This document shows, in pieces, positions 59,118 through 64,000 of a DNA stretch of 64,000 bases; the first letter of the stretch is position 1; each line of letters starts with the position of its first letter. The stretch covers positions 54,002,001 through 54,066,000 of the forward strand of contig NC_059436.1 of the NCBI RefSeq assembly GCF_021028975.2, in the 5' to 3' direction. A model generated the notes under the pieces. That model made no database searches. It saw only the letters and a program-made list of their open reading frames with translations, and was not told the origin of the DNA. Source of the stretch: Sphaerodactylus townsendi (Eukaryota). The position numbers were made by a program, and so were the translations under genes.

Positions 59118-60083
59118 TAGCTGCTGAACACAAAACCAGGAAGGTTATTAGTTCAAATCCTGCCAGTTGCAAACTCACTGGGGAACCTCAGGAAATTACC
59201 TGGCTATTCAGGAGTTTGCAGCAACCACAAAACAGGGCTTGTTTGCCACAGTCTCACACTCCAACCATCCTGCCCCCATATGCTGCATAATTGAAAACTT
59301 CCTGGTTTGGGAAGCCAGTCTCCCTCCCTCCCTCCCTCCCTTCATTCATTAATTAAACTTCTATACCGCCCTTCCCCGAAGGGCTCAGGGCTGTGTCCAT
59401 CAATTATATAAAAACAGTTAAAATCCATTTTGCTGGCATTCATCGGGGGTGGCCTTGTTATTGATTTAAAACCATATAGCTTTAAAGGGCTTATAAAAAT
59501 TCAGATGGTGATTAAAATTACTTGGCTTTCCCCAATCTTGCACCTACTTTGAGTAAGCTAGATATTTAAATGCTCAACAGAAGTGTGATGTTACCCCGGC
59601 TGGCCAAATGCCTGGCGGAACAGGTCCGTTTTACAGGCCCTGTAATTTGCCTTGATGTCTTGAGTTACAAAACAGACATTCCCAGGTGCCACCTGCATGA
59701 CAACGGCCTTATATCACAGGCCTGTACAAAACAATTAGATTGATTATTTCACCCAGCAGGGGTGGCCTTGTTATTGATCTGCCCATGATGTTTGGGCCAT
59801 GGAAGAACACAGCAGCCAGCAACCTCCTCCTATTTCTGCGGGGGCAGCCACAACCTCGAAAGGTCGACCAGACACGGAAGGAGTGAGCGGCTGAAGGCCA
59901 GCTGCAGGGCAGGGTGAGCGTGCGAGGCCCCGGCCCTGACCAGCACTGACTCCAACGGCCAGCCCGAACCCTGAGCGCTCAGACGAGGAGACGCACGCAC
60001 CGGACCACCTCGGTGACCTGCTCTTCCTCGTCTTCCTCCTCGGACTCCTCCTTCCTCCGCCGGAAAGACCTCCCTGCCGGCAT
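45361..60083 (-). CDS. C9orf78: Splicing factor C9orf78 / Tls1 homolog, 289 aa
   Basis: Exons 60083-60001, 57300-57241, 55515-55464, 53964-53894, 51736-51659, 49533-49336, 47955-47819, 46840-46742, 45452-45361 (870 nt, all GT-AG). Reads MPAGRSFRRRK...MKYIETELKKRKG...GIPEVDLGI...KATDDYHYEKFKKMNRRY*. Confidence 0.97.
46742..46840 (-). CDS. C9orf78: C9orf78 exon 8
   Basis: (F)YHEELNAPVRRNKEEPKARPLRVGDTEKPEPE. Confidence 0.95.
47060..47620 (+). mobile_element. L2 LINE 3' fragment
   Basis: FKVLVLTFK..NGLGPAYLRDRL motif and L2-type tail. Confidence 0.75.
47819..47955 (-). CDS. C9orf78: C9orf78 exon 7
   Basis: AKIKNIISTEEAKARLLAEQQNKKKDSETSFVPTNMAVNYVQHNR. Confidence 0.95.
48016..48524 (+). mobile_element. 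hAT ~510-bp family copy 4
   Basis: Perfect TSD TCCTAGAG and TIR CAGTG...CACTG. Confidence 0.92.
49336..49533 (-). CDS. C9orf78: C9orf78 exon 6
   Basis: MKYIETELKKRKG...SGIPEVDLGI. Confidence 0.96.
51659..51736 (-). CDS. C9orf78: C9orf78 exon 5
   Basis: ISEEEDLNLGTSFSAETNRRDEDAD. Confidence 0.95.
52423..52646. mobile_element. Penelope-like inverted terminal-repeat insertion with two opposite-strand minimal hammerhead ribozymes
   Basis: Perfect 91-bp inverted arms, ~35-nt right extension and a 10-bp TSD TTACAGCAAT. Confidence 0.88.
52473..52515 (-). ncRNA. Minimal type-I hammerhead ribozyme motif
   Basis: TCCT-CTGAAGA-T-GCCAGCCACAGATGCAGGC-GAAAC-GTC-AGGA. Confidence 0.8.
53452..53572. mobile_element. 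Palindromic hAT MITE (ACTACAATTCCCA-bearing)
   Basis: TIR CAGGGGTAGGGAACCTG. TSD GCCTAATT/ACCTAATT. Confidence 0.85.
53894..53964 (-). CDS. C9orf78: C9orf78 exon 4
   Basis: DDPFNVKTGGMVDMKKLKERGKD. Confidence 0.95.
54010..54420 (+). mobile_element. Solo LTR (Gypsy-type)
   Basis: TGTCA...TAACA, 5-bp TSD TCTCT, TATATAA at ~54267. Confidence 0.72.
54444..54743 (+). mobile_element. Full-length tRNA-derived SINE (Squam3-like)
   Basis: A-box-like TGGTGTAGGAGG, B-box-like GATTTGATTCC, (TTC)n tail. Confidence 0.85.
54748..55150 (+). mobile_element. Two tandem 5S rRNA-derived SINE copies
   Basis: GCCCAATCTCCTCAGATCTCAGAAGTTAAG...GCTAGTACTTGGATGGCAGAC resembles 5S boxes A and C, followed by a non-5S body and (ACC)n tail. 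Another copy lies at ~32900-33095. Confidence 0.7.
55464..55515 (-). CDS. C9orf78: C9orf78 exon 3
   Basis: AAALLVGEKLQEETTLT. Confidence 0.93.
55866..56552 (+). mobile_element. Solo LTR (ERV1-like, 4-bp TSD)
   Basis: TGTA...AACA, TSD CTAT, CCTATAAAA at ~56397, AATAAA at ~56467. Confidence 0.7.
57241..57300 (-). CDS. C9orf78: C9orf78 exon 2
   Basis: LKLEEAKEVQSLRRRQNGV. Confidence 0.94.
58130..59112 (+). mobile_element. Three head-to-tail R4/Dong-like LINE 3' fragments
   Basis: REL-endonuclease C-terminus (VTIIDIA..; KIEIQWLWHKPAEVVPVVIG..QKAALLGSAQIL). Fragments end in (TAA)n, (CAT)n and (TAA)n. Confidence 0.8.
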
Positions 60084-60420
60084 GATCCAGGCGACGGGCC
60101 GGAGTCGGCGCTCCGCAGGCAGCAGTTATGGCCGCTCCTCGTCTCTCCTTCCTGGACGTTCGAGCTCCGGCGCGCACTGATGACGCCCGTGGGGCGCCCC
60201 GAGGTTGAAGCCGCCGCCCGGGCGCTTTTTTTGCCCTTAGAATGTGCGGGCAGGGAACCGGCGGCGGCTCTGCTGGACTTTGATCCGCGGGGCGGAGGGA
60301 GGCTCCCCAAAAGGTAGACGTGGCTGGGTTGTTTTGCAAAGGGGCGGGGCGGAGGGGGTTGTAGGGTTGCAGCCAGAGCTGGCCAGGAGCTTCCCGGTTG
60401 CAACTCGTCCCCCATCTCTT
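59880..60420. promoter_or_regulatory. C9orf78 CpG-island promoter (possibly bidirectional)
   Basis: CpG-rich with GC boxes, around the ATG at 60083. Confidence 0.75.
60001..60083 (-). CDS. C9orf78: C9orf78 exon 1 (coding part)
   Basis: MPAGRSFRRRKEESEEEDEEEQVTEVVR; donor GTGCGT. Confidence 0.92.
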
Positions 60421-62355
60421 GACTGATCACGCTGACTGTGGTATATTCACTGTGTATATATGTGTCTAATGGAACAGTTTCCTCCTCCTCCCCTGTTATC
60501 CGTGGGATGTGGGACGGAGCTCTTGGTTTTAGGTCTCACTCCTTGCATATTAGCTAAAGCTGTTGGTTGCAAGAGTTGCCTTCTTCCGAATTAAAAAAAA
60601 AAAGCTCTTGTTTTGGACAGGCTTGTCTCTGCTAAATGGACTTGAGAACTAGTACCTCAGTTAGTGCTATAGTTCAGGGGATGCCACTTGCTAATAGGCG
60701 GGAGTGCCTGGTTGCTGTTTCCGCAGTGGGGAAGAATGAGCTGAGGTTGCCAGCTGGCCTGTCCCTTTGACACAGATTTAAAGGGCAGAAAGAGGCAGTT
60801 GAAGCGTTTCCTGGCATTAACTACCACCCCCTGGTAATTGTAGGCAGATCAGACTGGTATTAAAGGGACAGCCGGAGGAACCCGTTCTGCAGTCGGCACC
60901 CCATCTCCGAACTTCTATCTGTTTTGTAAAGATCCATGGCAAATCTTGTGTCTACTCAACAGAGTTCAATGAAACTTACTCTGTAGTGAGCGTATTTAGA
61001 ATTGCAGCCTTAGAAACAAATCCTGTTTGTTGGGGTAGGTAGCCCCTGAACTTCTCAGCACCTGGAGTTTCCCCAAAGGGGTTTTTTTTTTTGGTCATTG
61101 CATGAAAACTATTTGCCACTATTGGTGTCGCTACCGCAACCGGTGACTCACTTTATTTTTTTAACGTTTTGGAAACATACCGCCAATAGTAGTTCATTGA
61201 GGCACCTCGATCCCAATTCTGGTGGTGTTTATGTGTTTTTATTGACATATTGTTGGTTTTAATTGTTCACATGTTTTCATGTTTGCTGCCTTGGGGATTC
61301 TGATCAGATGGAAAGGTGGCATGAAAATGTTTTAAATGAATAAACAGAGTTTGGAAGCAGGGTAAAGAGAATGCCACAGTACCCTTTCAGGGTACCGAGA
61401 AGCCAGTGGAAGAACATTTCAGACACTCAGGATATTCTGCTGCTGATCAGAAGAGTTGCTATTCTCCCACAAACTATCATTAAAAGGAGATTCCAGCAAG
61501 AGACTTTTGAATGAGAATTCTCCAGGAAGCTCGTGCAGCAGGAAGATTGCCATTATAATCCATTGCTCCTTTTTGTGAATGACCGGCTTTCGTAACTCCT
61601 TCACCTTCTCCGCTTCCTGTGATTTTATGCTTGCTTGCCATGCGCGGTCCGCTCCCATGCATTTTACCAAGTGGGTTGTATTCCATTACTGTTTTAATTG
61701 AATGAGCAAAACCTTCAGCTTGAATAAAACTTGCAATTATAGGGTTCCGAGATACACCTTTATTTTTGCTGCAATGTACTAACAATGCATTCCTTAAGTG
61801 GAGTCACACCCTAAGCCCATCGAAGTTAATGAGCTTAGAAGGGTGTAACTGTACATTGCACCTAGAACTATTCCATGAAAACTCTGAATACTTTCAAGGA
61901 ATCCTATGCCCATCACAACAAATTCCAGAAGGGAACTGTGTCATGTTTGTTACCACCCAAATAAAAAAGAATCTTGTGACACCTGAAAGACTAGCAAACT
62001 GGGGCTTCTATAACCTAGGAAAGTAGGCCCTGGCTCACAAAAACCTCAGCAGTGTGTTAATCTTTTGGACGCCACAACAGTCTTTGTTGAAAAGCCTGTA
62101 AGTATTTGCAAACAGATTCTCAGATGATCTCTGTAATTCTGACAACTCAAGGATGGATGTGAGTGCATGCTTAGAATTTAGCAATAGCGAAGAATTTAAG
62201 GAGGATCTTTTTAGTGAAGATCTGGGGGAGTAGAAAACAAAAGGGAATTAAAACAAGCCAACAGCTCATGGGCGACATGCCATGTTTCATAGTGATTATA
62301 TTAGGATCTGGGAGACCCAGCTTCAACTCCCAACTCTGCCATGAAAGATTCCTGG

Positions 62356-63130
62356 GTGCTGGATCAGACCAGAGTCCATCTAGTCCAGCACTCTGCTCCT
62401 CGTAGTGGCCCACCAGATGCCTTTGGGAGCTCACAAGCAGGATGTGAAAGCAAGGGCCTTCTGCTGCTCCCGAGCACCTGGTCTGCTAAGGCATTTGCAA
62501 TCTGAGATCAAGGAGGATCAAGATTGAAACCCGCCATAGATCGAAACCTGCCGCCGATCTGTCCAGGCGCACTTCAAAGCTAGCCAGAAGTTTGGCATTG
62601 GCCATCACCACACTCACCAATGGGAGTATATTCCAAACACCAATCACGCCTTGCGTGAAGAAATGTTTCCTTTTATTAGTCCTAATTCTCTCCCCCCGCC
62701 CGACCCCAGCATTTTCAATGTATGCCCCCTGGTTCTAATATTGTGAGAAAGAGAAAAAATTCTCTTTGTCAACATTTTCTACCCCATGCATAATGTTATA
62801 GACTTCAATCACATCCCCCCTTAGACGTCTCCTCTTCAAACTAAAGAGTCCCAAATGCTGCAGCCTCTCCTCATAGAGAAGGTGCTCCAGTCCCTCTATC
62901 ACCCTTGTTGCCCTTCTCTGCACTTTTTCTATCTCTTTGATATTCTTTACATTTTGCTACATTGCTACATTGAACTGCATTTGCCATTTCTTAGCCTACT
63001 CACCTAATTTATAAAGGTCTGCTTGGAGCTCTTCGCAATCCTTTGCGGTTCTCACCACAATACATAATTTGGTGTCATCCGCAAACTTGGACACCATGCT
63101 ACCCACCCCTACCTCCAGGTCATTTATGAT
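62356..63130 (-). mobile_element. CR1 LINE 3' fragment
   Basis: SKFADDTKL and [13 protein letters not shown] motifs plus CR1 3' UTR, with an internal deletion. Confidence 0.92.
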
Positions 63131-63295
63131 ACCAATAAACACTTGGTATCCAGAGATGTCAAGGATTAAGGCTTTACGCATCTATTCTTTCAGTCAGTGG
63201 TAAGCCAGTAAATGCTGTCTAAAACATTCAAATTACAAACGAAACATCGGCTGTTTCTGTGACAGCTCAAATCGTAGAGTTAAATGCTTGTAAGC

Positions 63296-63427
63296 CTGTG
63301 GTGGCGAACCTATGGCACTCCAGATGTTCATGGACTAAAATTCCCATCAGTTCCTGGCCATGCTGGTAGGGGCTGATGGGAATTGTAGTCTATGAACATC
63401 TGGAGTGCCATAGCTTTGCCACCGCTG
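63296..63427. mobile_element. Palindromic hAT MITE
   Basis: Same family as ~26240-26370 and ~38599-38676. TGTAAGC direct repeats flank it. Confidence 0.8.
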
Positions 63428-64000
63428 TGTAAGCCAAACCCCACACAGGCAACTGCTTGTGCACTGGTGAAGCTGGACTTGTGTGCCCCTGAGCTGTTCA
63501 ATAATGAGACTCTGTATTCAGATGATTTCTTTATTATGAAACAGGGTCAGAAAAAAAGCATTTAAACTTCTATTGCCAGAACTAAAGCATCCTCCTTTAT
63601 ATCCCTCGTTATCCCCCTCCCCATAACATAGCACCGTCCCCTAACACAGTTCCCCAGGGAGTTTGGCACCCCTGTATTCCAGAGTCAGCATGGCCCTCAT
63701 ATAGTTCAAAACAACCCACATTCCCCAGCGCTGAACAGCAACTAGCAAGTGTCTTAACAAGCTTATAAAGTATTACCAAAATAAAATGAAACAACAGCAA
63801 CAGTTACCGGTAGATAAAAGACAGGGGGAAGAGGGGAAAGGATCCCGTGTCTCAGCTGGGAGACGTGGCAGGATCAAGCCAGAACTGGGCAGATCTTGAC
63901 ACTGAATGTCTCTGAAGTATATGGTGCAAGGCAAGGTTTGCTCAGGGATCACTCTGACTTACCCTGCAAAGGCCGTTGGCACCAGTAAGCAAAATCTTAA

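Noticed and set aside
59771-60430. 219-aa and 169-aa minus-strand ORFs
   Set aside because: CpG-island read-through in frames that do not match the C9orf78 exon 1 protein.
1-64000. CRISPR array or prokaryote-like operon
   Set aside because: No regularly spaced repeat-spacer structure. The content is intron-containing vertebrate genes and transposons.

Overview
Vertebrate genomic DNA. The repeat content points to a squamate, probably a gecko (inference). The window holds the syntenic block TOR1B(+) / TOR1A(-) / C9orf78(-). TOR1A (5 coding exons, 342 aa) and C9orf78 (9 coding exons, 289 aa) can be spliced by hand into intact ORFs with GT-AG introns. TOR1B has intact exons 1, 2 and 5, a locally altered exon 3 and no recognisable exon 4, so it is either mis-assembled or decaying. 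Upstream lies a young 4.2-kb Ty3/Gypsy chromovirus with two LTRs and a 5-bp TSD. It lacks capsid, nucleocapsid and protease, and shows a Tf1-type tRNA-independent self-priming signature. The rest is dense in repeats: hAT, Harbinger and Tc1/mariner MITEs, solo LTRs, CR1, L2, Rex1 and R4/Dong LINE fragments, tRNA- and 5S-derived SINEs, and Penelope-like fold-back insertions, one carrying minimal hammerhead ribozymes. No CRISPR or prokaryote-like system is present. Coordinates were read by eye, so repeat boundaries without a stated TSD are approximate.
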